From assembly GCA_963666735.1 (NCBI GenBank), contig OY762926.1:3808001-3872000 (forward strand): DNA of 64,000 bases, written 5' to 3'. The notes under the pieces are model-generated. The model was not told the DNA's origin and did no database searches. It saw only the letters and a program-made list of their open reading frames with translations. This DNA comes from Gemmatimonadota bacterium (lineage in GTDB: Bacteria > Gemmatimonadota > Gemmatimonadetes > Palauibacterales > Palauibacteraceae). Positions 50,286-60,448 of this stretch are shown piece after piece (position 1 is the stretch's first letter; each line of letters begins with the position of its first letter). Position numbers and translations under genes: made by a program.

Positions 50286-51562
50286 AGTCTTGTCCAACGG
50301 GACATGAGCCTGAACGAGGGACGGGTTTCCACCGGGAGGTGAGCCTGAGGCGCGGGGCGATGAGATCATGGAGGCAGATCGTGACGCTTCGCACCGAACG
50401 GATTCGGACGCTCGATGAGGTTCGCGCCTTCCTCGAGGGCAGCGAGCCGGTGGATTTCACCCTCAGCGACCGGGATTCGGCCCACCTCCTCGTCCGGCGC
50501 TCGCTGGAGAGGCTCCGCCACCACCGCCTCGGCAAGCGAGACAGGGGCCTCGTCAAGGCCTATCTGGCCAAGGTGACCGGCCTCTCGAGAGCGCAGCTCA
50601 CCCGGCTCATCGCCCAGCACAAGAGGACCGGCCACATCCGCGACCGGCGCGGGAAGCCCCCGGCCAACGCCTTCCAGCGGCGCGACGACTTCCGCAAGCG
50701 GCGAGACTACCGCCTGGGAGCCCTCTCGCTCGACAAGACCCGCCCCGTCCAGGTCTCCATCGGCGTCCGCCGCAAGCCCGATCCCGACGGCCGCCCCGGC
50801 TTCGTCCGCGTCGACACCGTCCACCAGGGTGACCGGGACGGCGAGAAGGGCCTCTACGCGCTCAACGTCGTCGACCAGGTTACCCGGTTCGAGCACATCG
50901 GCGCCGTCTCCCGCTTGACAAACATGAGAGCGTCAACGGCTCGGAGTACGTCAACCACCACGTCGCCGGCATGCTCAACAAGCTGCACATCGGCCAGTTC
51001 ACCAAGTCCCGGCCGCGTCACTCCAACGACAACGCGCTCGTCGAGTCCAAGAACGGGGCCATCGTCCGCAAGTGGCTCGGACGCGCACACATCCCCGCCG
51101 AGTGCGCCCCCGCCGTCAACGACTTCCTCCGCGACCACCTCCGCCCCTTCCTCAACTTCCACCGGCCCCGCCTCTTCCCCTCCGAGGTCGAGGGGCCCCG
51201 CGGCCGCATCAAGAAGCGCTACCGCCAACAGGACGTCGCCACCCCCTACGAGAAGCTCAAGTCTCTCGACGACGCGGAGAGCTTCCTCCGCGAGGGCGTC
51301 ACCTTCGAGGCGCTCGACCGCGTCGCCTCGGCCACCTCCGGCCTCCAGGCCGCCGGGACCGTCCGCGAGGCGCGCCGCGACCTCTTCCGCTCTCTCGCCC
51401 CCGCCGTATCGGTCGCCTGAGTCCCCGTGTCCGCTCCCCCCGGCCCCCGTTGCGCGACTCTCCCTCCAGCGAGGATTATCCGGGAGAGAGCCCAACGCCA
51501 ACGGCCCCGCGGGCCCGGCTCACCACTCCGCGTTCAGGCTCATCTCCGCATTGGAAAACACT
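50286..51562 (+). mobile_element. Unclassified rve/DDE-integrase IS (IS481/IS1202-like), defective
   Basis: Ends AGTCTTGTCCAA...ATGAGCCTGAACG and its inverted counterpart AGTGTTTTCCAA...ATGAGCCTGAACG; 5-bp TSD CAAGC at 50281-50285 and 51563-51567. Confidence 0.75.
50360..51420 (+). pseudogene. Integrase-core transposase with internal deletions and a frameshift
   Basis: 'GLSRAQLTRL', 'PGFVRVDTVHQGD', then another frame 'NGSEYVN...SRPRHSNDNALVESKNG...NFHRP...TPYEKL'. Confidence 0.75.
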
Positions 51563-52296
51563 CAAGCCCACCCCCGCGTTCGGGCGCTCCCACCGTCGCG
51601 TGAAGTACGCAAGTCGGTCGCAGGGACATGGCAATCTTCCAGAGGACTTCGATCTCCCCGAAGCTCCTCGTAGCGACGCGCTCGCGCACGTAGTATGGGC
51701 GATGAGGAAAGTGTTGACCCCCGACGCCTCTAGTGATTCGACGCCTCAAAGCGGTGCCCACAGCGCCCGATGACGAGTGCGGCGGGTTCGGCTCCAGACC
51801 GGTGCCCGTGGCCATCGACAGGTGCACTGGCGGGATCAGTCGCCGCTCGGGCTTCGGGGGTACATGGATGGCCCGGCATCGCTGGCCACCATCCCACCGT
51901 TGGCCGCGCTTCGGGAGGCCCGTTTGAACGGGCTCCCCGGAGCGATTGCGGTGGTGCGCCGCCACTGTATTGGCGGCAGCCGACGACGCGTCTCGGACAC
52001 GTCGCCGACGGGCTTGTCGGACGCCACTAAGGTGGGTAAGCCTGCTTACCCTGGGTTTAACCCGGGGGCTGGCGAGGGGATGGCTCCCGCCCCCCCTTCG
52101 ACCCCCCCCGCTGTTCGCGCTCCCGAGAAGGTCGCGCATGGGGGCGCCGCCCCCTTTCCCCGTGTCGGTGCGGCGTGATGCCTGAGCGCCGGACCGCCCG
52201 TCGTCACCGCCCACATATCGGCGGCCCAGTCCGCCTCGCACTTCGGACATGTCCACCCGTGCCGCTGGTATCGCTACCGCTGCGGACGCGCAGCGG

Positions 52297-52839
52297 TCAC
52301 GGCGAGACTCCATGAGGCATCACCGGTCCGGGCCGTGCGAGGCGGTATCCGATGCCGTGCTCGTTGAAGATGTAGGCGGGGTCGGCCCCGTCGTCGCCGA
52401 GCTTCTTCATGGCGGTGCGCACGCGGCCGGTGTCGTCGGAGATGTGGTGCCCCCACACCTGCCGGAGGAGCGTCTCGGTGGTGACGACCCGTCCTCCGGC
52501 TGCCGACGGGACGCGCAGCAGGTCGAACTCGGTGGCGGTGAGCCAGACCTCGTGGCCGGCCACGCTCACCCGGCGCAGGCGGTAGTCGATGGCGAGTTCC
52601 CCGCACGCGAGCGTCTCGGGCCGGGCGTGGGCGCGCAGCGCCGCCTGGACGCGAGCCACGAGTTCGGTCGGCGAGAACGGCTTGACGATGTAGTCGACCG
52701 TACCGCTGCCGAGCGCCTTGGCGATGGTCTCGTCGCGGCCGTAGCCGGAGATGAAGACGACCGGCAGCTCGGACAGTTCCGGGACCCGCTTCATCAGCTC
52801 GATCCCGTCCGTGCCGGGGAGAATAAGGTCGAGCAGCAC
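52297..52839 (-). pseudogene. OmpR/KdpE-type response regulator fragment
   Basis: Begins at the phospho-acceptor 'LLDLILPGTDG'; 'DYIVKPFS', wHTH 'LTATEFDLL...GIGYR'; N-terminal part of the receiver is missing. Confidence 0.75.
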
Positions 52840-52966
52840 GAGGAACGAGCGTCGTCCGGGAGCCGGACTCCGGTATGGGGTTACGCTTACGTATACGACT
52901 CCCGTAGGGTTACGCCTGTCGGGTTGAACGGCAGAGGGTTAGAAGACGGGATCGGGGAGGTGACCG

Positions 52967-53152
52967 ATGGCAGAGAAGCGGAAGAAACCGCGCAAGCAGA
53001 AGGAACCGGTGGACGCTGAGCGGCCCATCGACGAGGGCATGATGCCGCCCCACCTCCGCTACGGCGATGCGTCGCCGGAGGACGTGGCGTCCGTGCTCAT
53101 GCGCCTGCGCCGTCCCCGCCCTGAAGATCCGGAGGGCGAAGGGCCGGTCTAA
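52967..53152 (+). CDS. Small hypothetical protein, possibly an IS1595-associated passenger
   Basis: GGAGG RBS, 61 aa; followed by ...TATAATTCCC (53160-53169), which resembles an IS1595 end from memory. Confidence 0.35.
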   Translation: MAEKRKKPRKQKEPVDAERPIDEGMMPPHLRYGDASPEDVASVLMRLRRPRPEDPEGEGPV

Positions 53153-53298
53153 TCAACGCTATAATTCCCTAATGTTGATCCCTGCTAAAGGAGTGTCAAT
53201 AAAAACCGGGTGCGCTATATCGCGCTGAAACGTTTTCTGTTAGACTGCACGCTCGCAAGCGATACAGCCCTGGCAAGAGATTCACAGTAATGCGCAAG

Positions 53299-54720
53299 CT
53301 AGCAGGCCGTGGAAGAAGTGGTCGCCGACGCGGGCGACTGTGGAAGCGGAAAGTGGCGGATGATTCGGGTGCTGTTATGCAAAAGGCGGCCCGGGGGGCG
53401 GCGAAGGCCGCGATTCGCGCCCCGGAGGCCGAGAATGCGCCCGATTCGGCCGAAGATGGCGGCAAAACCGCGTGCGGAGGCGTCCGCGAGGGCCGCGGTC
53501 GATGCCGCGAGGCCCTGCAGGCCGCGCGGGGTGCCGAAGCCGAAGCGGCCGCGCATCGCCAAGGAGAGGTTGAAGGCGGCGGCGTGAACGAGCATCCGTT
53601 TTCGGATCTCCTCCTGCCCGCGGACGTGAACGCGGCGCATTCCTCCGCTGCCGAGCAGGTGCGCGAAAGTCCGTTCCAGCTTCTCCCCGCGCTGGCGCTG
53701 TAACCGCTTCCCCCGCTCGCCGCGGATCCGGCGGCGGTTGCCGTACACGGCCTTCTGCGCGTCCCGCTTGCCCTTCCACTTCCGGCGGCCCCGGTTCGGC
53801 TCGCTGACATAGCTCCGCAGTCCCCGCTCCCTCACGCCCGTCATGGTCGCGTTCGAGTGGTAGCCCTTGTCGGCCACCACCTCCCTCGCCTCCGCGCCCG
53901 CCTCCGCCAGCCGCCGCTCCGTCTCGTCCAGCGTCACCGGCAGCGACGCGCAGTCGCCGCCGTCCATCGTCTGCACCGTCACGGCGACCACCGCGCCGGT
54001 CTCCATGTCGACCGCCTGCTCGAGCTTGTGCGCCAGGCGCGTGCGGCCGTCCTTCATCTTCGCGATCCGCGCCTCCGGGTCGTGCGGATGCTTCCAGTCC
54101 TTGTTCGACCCCTTCCCCGGACGCTTGCGGTCCAGCTTCGCAAGGTCGGCCCGCGTCGGCGTCTCGATCCCCGACGCCTTCGCCAGCTGTTCGAGCCACG
54201 CGTCGTACTCCGTCTCGTCGTCACGCCGCACGATCGCGCGCAGCGCCGCGTTCGCCTCCAGCGTCGTCGAGTCCACCCCCACCGTCCCGCCCCGCAGCAG
54301 CCCCGACTCCCGCAGCACCTCCAGCACCCAGCCGAACACCGCCCCGTGCGCCTCCACGCTCAGACGCTTGCGCGTCTTCGACAGCGTGGAATGCTCCGGC
54401 GGCGTCTTCGCCAGACCGTAGCCCAGGAACTCCCGCAGCGAGATCGAGTCCCGGCAACGCCACGCGATCCCCCGCTCCGAGCCGATCCCCTCCAGGTATC
54501 CCACCATCAGCATCCGGAAGTACACCCCCGGCGGAAGGCCCGGCCGGCCCATCCGCGCCGCGTAGAACTCCCGGCACGCCTCCTCGGCGAACTCGTCGAA
54601 GCCGCTCCCGCGCAGAAGCCTGTCCAACGCCGCGTAGAACGGGTTGTCCAGCGCACGCACCGCGCTCGCCGCAATGAACAGCTCCTCCTGACGCTCCCCC
54701 GGCATCCTGCCCACCGCCAT
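53299..54720 (-). CDS. IS1182/IS5-like DDE transposase
   Basis: 'GRPGLPPGVYFRML', 'SERGIAWRC', 'VDSTTLEANA', 'ADKGYHS', 'ERTFAH'. Confidence 0.85.
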   Translation of the reverse strand: MAVGRMPGERQEELFIAASAVRALDNPFYAALDRLLRGSGFDEFAEEACREFYAARMGRPGLPPGVYFRMLMVGYLEGIGSERGIAWRCRDSISLREFLGYGLAKTPPEHSTLSKTRKRLSVEAHGAVFGWVLEVLRESGLLRGGTVGVDSTTLEANAALRAIVRRDDETEYDAWLEQLAKASGIETPTRADLAKLDRKRPGKGSNKDWKHPHDPEARIAKMKDGRTRLAHKLEQAVDMETGAVVAVTVQTMDGGDCASLPVTLDETERRLAEAGAEAREVVADKGYHSNATMTGVRERGLRSYVSEPNRGRRKWKGKRDAQKAVYGNRRRIRGERGKRLQRQRGEKLERTFAHLLGSGGMRRVHVRGQEEIRKRMLVHAAAFNLSLAMRGRFGFGTPRGLQGLAASTAALADASARGFAAIFGRIGRILGLRGANRGLRRPPGRLLHNSTRIIRHFPLPQSPASATTSSTAC

Positions 54721-54805
54721 CGCCAACCTCCCGTTGCCTTCTTGTCCCGCCCACAATCTAACCATCAACACCGGCGCGCGACATCGCGACTTTTTCCACG
54801 GGCTG
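53303..54805 (-). mobile_element. IS1182/IS5-like element (DUF772 transposase)
   Basis: IRs caggccgtggaagaagt / cagcccgtggaaaaagt; target CTAG at 53299-53302 and 56145-56148. Confidence 0.8.
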
Positions 54806-54863
54806 TGGAGTTGCCCCGCTTTGACGGACACCTATCCATTGGGGTCAAGCAAGGAGGTGTTCC

Positions 54864-55178
54864 ATGGCGGGCCGGAAGGGGCGGTATCCATCCGAGTACA
54901 GGGAGCGGCTGGTGGAACTGGTGAGGGGCGGGCGTAGTGCCGCGTCACTCGCCCGGAAGTTCGAGCCGTCGGAGCAGACGATCCGGAACTGGGTCCGGCA
55001 GGCGGATGTGGACGAGGGGTTCCGTAGCGACGGGCTGACAACGGAGGCGCGCAGCGAGTTGCGGCGCCTGGAGCGGGAGAACAAGCGGCTCAGGATGGAG
55101 CGCGACATCCTAAAAAAAGCCGCGGCCTGGTTCGCGAGGGAGAGCGGATCGATCCCCGGCGGGGGTATGCGTTCATGA
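54864..55178 (+). CDS. IS3 OrfA
   Basis: HTH 'YPSEYRERLVELV...TIRNWV', leucine zipper 'LRRLERENKRLRMERDILKKA'; A7G frameshift motif at 55112-55119. Confidence 0.9.
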   Translation: MAGRKGRYPSEYRERLVELVRGGRSAASLARKFEPSEQTIRNWVRQADVDEGFRSDGLTTEARSELRRLERENKRLRMERDILKKAAAWFARESGSIPGGGMRS

Positions 55179-56023
55179 GGGCGCACCGGGCCGAGTTCCC
55201 GCTTCGGGCCATGTGCCGGGTGCTGGGTCTCTCCCCCAGCGGCTACTACGACTGGTTGAGGCGTCCTCCCTCGGACCGCGCGCGTCGGGACGCGGAACTG
55301 GAGGCGCGGATCGCGAAGATATGGACCGGCAGCGGCGAGACGTACGGCCGTCCGCGGATCCACGCGGCGCTCAGGGCCGAGGGCGAGCGGGTGGGGCAGA
55401 AGCGCGTGGGGCGGCTGATGAGGGGGCTGGAGATCGAGGGCGCGACCAGGCGGCGCTTCAAGACGGCGACGACGAAGAGGGATACCGAGGCCCGCCCCGC
55501 GCCGGACCTGGTGGACCGTGACTTCTCGGCCTCGGGGCCCGACGAGCTGTGGGTGGCCGACATCACCTACGTCCCCACGTGGGCTGGCTGGCTGTATCTG
55601 GCCGTCGTGCTCGACGTCTGGAGCCGCCGCGTCGTCGGCTGGGCCATGGCGACGCACATGCGGACCGAGCTCGTCGAGACCGCGCTGGCGATGGCTCTCG
55701 CAAGGCGTCGTCCCGAGGGTCGTGTCGTGCATCATTCCGACAGGGGCTCGCAGTACACCTCGCTCGCCTTCGGGGAGCGCTGCCGCGAGTCGGGCATCGC
55801 CCAGTCCATGGGCTCGGCGGGCGATGCGTACGACAACGCCATGTGCGAGAGCTTCTTCGCCACCCTCGAGTGCGAGCTGATCTGGAAGCGCTCGTTCCGC
55901 ACGGCGGATGAGGCGCGACGGGAGGTCTTCGGCTTCATCGAGGGCTTCTACAACACCCGGCGGCTGCACTCGGCACTCGGCTACGAGTCGCCGGCCGACT
56001 ACGAGAGCAACCATGCGGCCTGA
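55175..56023 (+). CDS. IS3 OrfB (rve DDE)
   Basis: 'WVADITY', 'HHSDRGSQY', 'DNAMCESFF', 'YNTRRLHSALGY'. Confidence 0.92.
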   Translation: MRAHRAEFPLRAMCRVLGLSPSGYYDWLRRPPSDRARRDAELEARIAKIWTGSGETYGRPRIHAALRAEGERVGQKRVGRLMRGLEIEGATRRRFKTATTKRDTEARPAPDLVDRDFSASGPDELWVADITYVPTWAGWLYLAVVLDVWSRRVVGWAMATHMRTELVETALAMALARRRPEGRVVHHSDRGSQYTSLAFGERCRESGIAQSMGSAGDAYDNAMCESFFATLECELIWKRSFRTADEARREVFGFIEGFYNTRRLHSALGYESPADYESNHAA

Positions 56024-56932
56024 GGCGCACCCGCGGCGCGCACCGACATCCTCTCCCGAGCGCCTGAGGGAGGCTGAAAGGAGAAGAACCGGAGGCGATC
56101 AACCACAGAAACTAACCGTCCGTGAAAGCGGGACAGCTCCACTGCTAGCCCGTCTCACCCTCACGGTACTGATCATCGGCGGTCTCGCCGCCTGCGGCGA
56201 TGACAGCCGCACCCCGACGGAAGACGAAGATCCCATCCGCACCGTGCTCGCACAGGCGGTGGGCGCGCTGAGCCCCGGGCAGTATTACATGTTCAACGGG
56301 TCGGCCGTGGACGGACCCTACGACCTTGACGCGGGGCCGTACCCTGAGGGGAGCGCGCAGGTGCGGGTGATCTTCTCGAAGATGGTGGAGCGGATCAACG
56401 CGGTCGTCGAGGGTACCGACAACGTGCAGACCGCGATGCACCCGAACTGCGAGCTTGCGCTGCCCGCCCCACAAGGCGACCAGGATGATTTTCTGGATTG
56501 CATCCTGAGCCTCGACACCTGCGGCGAAGTTCGGATCATCTGGCGGCCGTCGCAAAGAACCATCGAGGCGTGGTGCTACGAGTAGGAGAGAGAGCGATGC
56601 ACCCCGACTGGGGGCGCGATGCATCCTAATCGGTGGCTGCCCGCGAGCGACAAGCTGCGCCCAAAGGCCGCTTCCACCGCACTCACACCGCTTCACGCGA
56701 AACCCGCACAGAGCCAGCACACCGCAGGCCAGCACACCCCTGTTCTGATACGGTAATCACCTGACAACTGCCCCCAAGAAAGGGGACGGTGGCCACCCGG
56801 CCTCCGCCGAGGTTAGTTGACAAGTGTGCTTTTGCCTCGGTGCTGTGGGCTTACCCCGTTTTAGTGGACAGGTGAAAGTGGTGGTTTCCTCCATTCTCGC
56901 CACCTCGCGGGAGAGGGCCGCGGCCCGGGGGG

Positions 56933-57784
56933 TCACGCCGCCTCTCCTTTCTCGCGCGCCTCGAAGCTGGCGGGCGACTCGTAGCCGAGGCTCGAGTGCC
57001 GCCGGCGCGGGTTGTACCAGCCCTCGATGAACCGGAACACCCCCCGGCGGGCCTCGCCGGGCGTCCGGAACGAGCGCCGCCAGATCAGTTCGCACTCCAG
57101 CGTGGCGAAGAACGACTCGCACATGGCGTTGTCGTAAGCGTCGCCCACCGAGCCCATCGAGGGCCTGACCCCGGCCCTCCGGCAGCGCCCGCCGAAGGCG
57201 TAGGACGTGTACTGGCTGCCTTGGTCGCTGTGGTGGATCACCCCGTCGGGGCGCCGCTGCGCCAGCGCCATGTCGAAGGCATCCAGCACCAGGGACGTCC
57301 TCAGGTGCGTCGCCATCGACCAGCCCACGATGCGGCGGCTCCAGGCGTCGAGCACGACGGCCAGATAGAGGAAGCCCGCCCAGGTCGGCACGTACGTGAT
57401 GTCGGCCACCCAGAGTTCGTCGGGTCCGGAGGCCGAGAAGTCTCGGTCCACGAGATCCGGCGCGGGCCTGGACTTCGCGGCCCGCTTCGTCGTACTGCCC
57501 TTGCGGCGCCGGCTCACCCCTTCGATCTCCGCCGCCCGCATCAGCCGCGCCACCCGGCCCACACCCGCCTCGCGGCCCCGCGCCTTGAGTTCCGCATGGA
57601 CCCGCGGCGCCCCGTACGTCCCCCCGCTCATGGCGTGGATCTCGACGATCTCCGCACTGAGCGCCTCGTTCTCCCGCGCCCGCCGAGACGGCTCCCGCGT
57701 CCGCCACGCATAGTACCCGCTCGGGGAGAGACCCAGCAGGCGGCACATCACGCGCACGGGATACATGGCCTGGTGATCGCTCAC
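56933..57784 (-). CDS. IS3 OrfB (rve DDE)
   Basis: 'WVADITY', 'HHSDQGSQY', 'DNAMCESFF'. Confidence 0.92.
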   Translation of the reverse strand: MSDHQAMYPVRVMCRLLGLSPSGYYAWRTREPSRRARENEALSAEIVEIHAMSGGTYGAPRVHAELKARGREAGVGRVARLMRAAEIEGVSRRRKGSTTKRAAKSRPAPDLVDRDFSASGPDELWVADITYVPTWAGFLYLAVVLDAWSRRIVGWSMATHLRTSLVLDAFDMALAQRRPDGVIHHSDQGSQYTSYAFGGRCRRAGVRPSMGSVGDAYDNAMCESFFATLECELIWRRSFRTPGEARRGVFRFIEGWYNPRRRHSSLGYESPASFEAREKGEAA

Positions 57785-58089
57785 GAACCGGAACCCCCCC
57801 GGGGGATCGATCCGCTCTCCTTGGCGAACCAGGCCGTGGCTTTTGCCAATATGTCGCGCTCGATCTTCACCCGGCGAAGCTCGCGCTTCAGTTCCCGGAC
57901 TTCCTTGCGCTCGACCGTCGTCAGACCGTCGGTGCGACGCCCCTCGTCCAGGTCGGCCCGCTCCACCCAGCGCCGGATCGCCGTCGCCGAGGGCTCGAAC
58001 TCGCGAGCCAGCCGGTCCGCGCTCCGTCCCGCACGGACCAGTTCCACCATCCGCGCCTTGTACTCCGGCGCGTATCTCCGTCCCGACAT
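57781..58089 (-). CDS. IS3 OrfA
   Basis: 'YAPEYKARMVELV...AIRRWV...ERDILAKA'; AAAAG slippery site near 57840-57844. Confidence 0.88.
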   Translation of the reverse strand: MSGRRYAPEYKARMVELVRAGRSADRLAREFEPSATAIRRWVERADLDEGRRTDGLTTVERKEVRELKRELRRVKIERDILAKATAWFAKESGSIPRGGSGS

Positions 58090-58179
58090 GCGACACCTCC
58101 TCGTTGTGACCAACGCTCAAAGGTGTCCACCAAATCGGGGTAACTCCACTGGGTACCATCAGGTTCGCGTGGAGGCGTC

Positions 58180-59400
58180 GTGCGTGTACTGAGTTCCGCA
58201 TCTCTAGCGTTCGGTTCGCTGCTCTGGGCGGCGTCGGTTACTGCCGTCCAGTCCGGCGGTCTCCGCTTGGTCGAGGAACTCCGGTTGGGTCGTATCGAAG
58301 GGTTGGAGTCCGACCTGTTCGGCGATATCCACGACCTCGCCGTCGACGGCGATGGCCGGATCTATGTGGTCGATCCGGGCATGCAAAACGTGCGGATCTT
58401 CGACCGAGATGGACAAATCGTCCGTGAGATCGCGCCCGAGGGCGAGGGCCCCGGCGAACGTCGTCATCGCCGCATGTCGTACCTCGGTCCCACCAGCGTG
58501 ACGTGGGAACCGAACCGTGCGCGGCTCTGGATTGATGACGGTTTTCAACGGCAGGTGCTGGATTCGCTCGGGGTGGAGTACCGGCGCGACATGCGCACCG
58601 GCAACTTCTATACCAACCCAAGTATTCCAGCTGGCAAGATCGTGCAGTTCGATAAGCGGGGCCATATCTATGAGTACCAGCGCCTGCCCATCGGGGACAC
58701 CACTGTCTCATACGTCGCCCGTGGCGTCCCGACGGCGGAGTACGGTGTGGTGTTCAGCGACACGCTTACCATCGATTCCCGGGCTCTCGAGAGCGGTGAG
58801 ATTCGAACGACCGAGAGGACGATTGGCTCTTCCCGAGTCAGCATTGCCGTCTCCGACAAACGGCCCGAGCGCGATGAACACGCTTGGACCGTCTCGACGG
58901 CGCGCGGCACGGTCTGGATATCCGTCAACGAGCGCCGCCAGCTACACGAGGTCGCGTTCACGGGTGACACGCTCCGCACGTTCGATCTGGAAACGGCATC
59001 GAACGAACTGGATGTTTCACCCGAGGGTTGGATCTGGATTCGACACAGCGGTGCCAACCCCGAAACTACATGGGACCTGCTGGACAACTGCGGCGAGCGC
59101 CGGGGTTCCGTCTCGCTTCCCGTTCCCGTCTCGTTGACGCACGTGGGCCGTCGCGGTGTAGTACATGTGGTGTGGTCGGATGATCTCGACATCGAGTACA
59201 TCATGCGCCTGCGACTGGAAGGTGATGTAGACCGCCGGACGTGCCAGGCAAGCCAAACGCCCAATGTGGATCTTCCTCCTCGGCTTCGCCGCTGCTGCGA
59301 CCATGGCGCTCGCCTGCGGCGCCCCGGCGCCGGACGAGGGGACCGGCGAGGTACTGGAGTGGATCCTGCGACGGGGTCTCGCCATCGGAAGCGCGGATGA
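58180..59400 (+). CDS. Secreted 6-bladed beta-propeller (NHL-like) protein
   Basis: GGAGG RBS, signal peptide; 'DLAVDGDGRIYVVD', 'GEGPGE'; last ~50 aa overlap the next gene and may be read-through. Confidence 0.75.
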   Translation: MRVLSSASLAFGSLLWAASVTAVQSGGLRLVEELRLGRIEGLESDLFGDIHDLAVDGDGRIYVVDPGMQNVRIFDRDGQIVREIAPEGEGPGERRHRRMSYLGPTSVTWEPNRARLWIDDGFQRQVLDSLGVEYRRDMRTGNFYTNPSIPAGKIVQFDKRGHIYEYQRLPIGDTTVSYVARGVPTAEYGVVFSDTLTIDSRALESGEIRTTERTIGSSRVSIAVSDKRPERDEHAWTVSTARGTVWISVNERRQLHEVAFTGDTLRTFDLETASNELDVSPEGWIWIRHSGANPETTWDLLDNCGERRGSVSLPVPVSLTHVGRRGVVHVVWSDDLDIEYIMRLRLEGDVDRRTCQASQTPNVDLPPRLRRCCDHGARLRRPGAGRGDRRGTGVDPATGSRHRKRG

Positions 59401-60448
59401 TCCGGCGTACGGACTCTGGGCCGTCGGCGGGGTGCTGGCCGACGAGGACCGTGTGCCTCGTGGCACGGGACGGCACGATCCGGATCTTCACTCGTGACGG
59501 CGAGTTCGTCCGCGACCTCGGGGGCCGTGGATCCGGCCCCGGCGAGCTGACACTCCCGACGACGCCGGGTTGGAGCGAACCGGGGACTCTATCGATCGGC
59601 GACGCGGAACTGCGGCGCTTCACGTTCTATGATGTCGCCACCGGCGAGGTGGGGACGATCCCTTACCACGCGTACTTGCCGGAGGCGCACGGAGCAACAG
59701 CATTCGATCCGGTGGTCGTACTGACAGATTTGCGTGCGGCAGCCGCGCTGCGGCCTTCGGACGCGGCTCCCGAGCGAGGGATCCTCACGACCGTACCCAT
59801 GGTGGTGTTGGACGCGGCGGGCGCGCTGCTCGGCTCGACACGCTCGCGCTGCTATCGGCGCAGACTTCCCGCAACGTCACAGCTGGCGTGGTGGCGGATG
59901 GCACGGTGCGCTTGGGACGCCCCGTTCAGCAAGGGGACAAGTGGCGATTCGCGCCTGACAGGTCGAGCATCGTGGTCGTCGAGGGCGGGACCTGGGCGGG
60001 GGAGGGCCCGGCCGAGTTCGGTGTGACAATGGTGGATTCCAACGGCGACACTCTGTTCCACCGTCGCATCGCCTATACACCGCGCCCGGTGCCGGACGGC
60101 TACTACGATGCCGAGATCGAGAAGATGTTTGATCATCGAATTATGGCTGAAGCCTTGGCTGACCGGCGTGCGGTCACGAACGCCGTACGGGGATTCTACG
60201 AGCAAGCCCGCTATTATCCTCCCCTTACCAACGTAATAGTGGGCAGCGACGGCACCGCTTGGATCGCGGGACTCGACGAGGATGGCGAGCGCGAGTGGCT
60301 CGTGCTCGATGCTTCGGGAGCGTCCATCGGGCGCTTACGGCTACCCGCCGGGTGGCATGTGCGCTACGGGAACCGGAACGAAGCCTGGATGGTGGAGCGG
60401 GATGCGCTCGACATCCCATACGTCGTGCGCTACGAGATCATGCACTAG
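59264..60448 (+). pseudogene. 6-bladed beta-propeller lipoprotein with two frameshifts
   Basis: Lipobox 'ALAC'; coding continues across three frames (breaks near 59455 and 59830): 'GGRGSGPGEL', then 'GSDGTAWI...IPYVVRYEIMH*'. Confidence 0.75.

Larger units (their letters stand above)
54806..56141 (+). mobile_element. IS3-family element (copy 1)
   Basis: IRL tggagttgccccgctttgacggaca; IRR reverse complement tggagctgtcccgctttcacggacg; 3-bp TSD CTG. Confidence 0.9.
53290..56585 (+). pseudogene. Lipoprotein gene split by IS1182::IS3
   Basis: Joining 53290-53302 to 56149-56585 gives a 149-aa ORF MRKLARLTLTVLIIGGLAA-C GDDSRTP... with a clean lipobox. Confidence 0.8.
56846..58148 (-). mobile_element. 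IS3-family element (copy 2, diverged relative of copy 1)
   Basis: IRs tggagttaccccgatttggtggaca / tgggcttaccccgttttagtggaca; 3-bp TSD CTG (56843-56845, 58149-58151). Confidence 0.9.

Noticed and set aside
56765..56795. Possible solo IS end (tggccaccgtcccctttcttgggggcagttg on the minus strand)
   Set aside because: No partner repeat or transposase remnant could be found.
54806..58148. Two inverted IS3 elements as a composite transposon
   Set aside because: Each has its own CTG duplication, the copies are clearly diverged, and the enclosed DNA is the continuation of a gene that starts outside at 53290.
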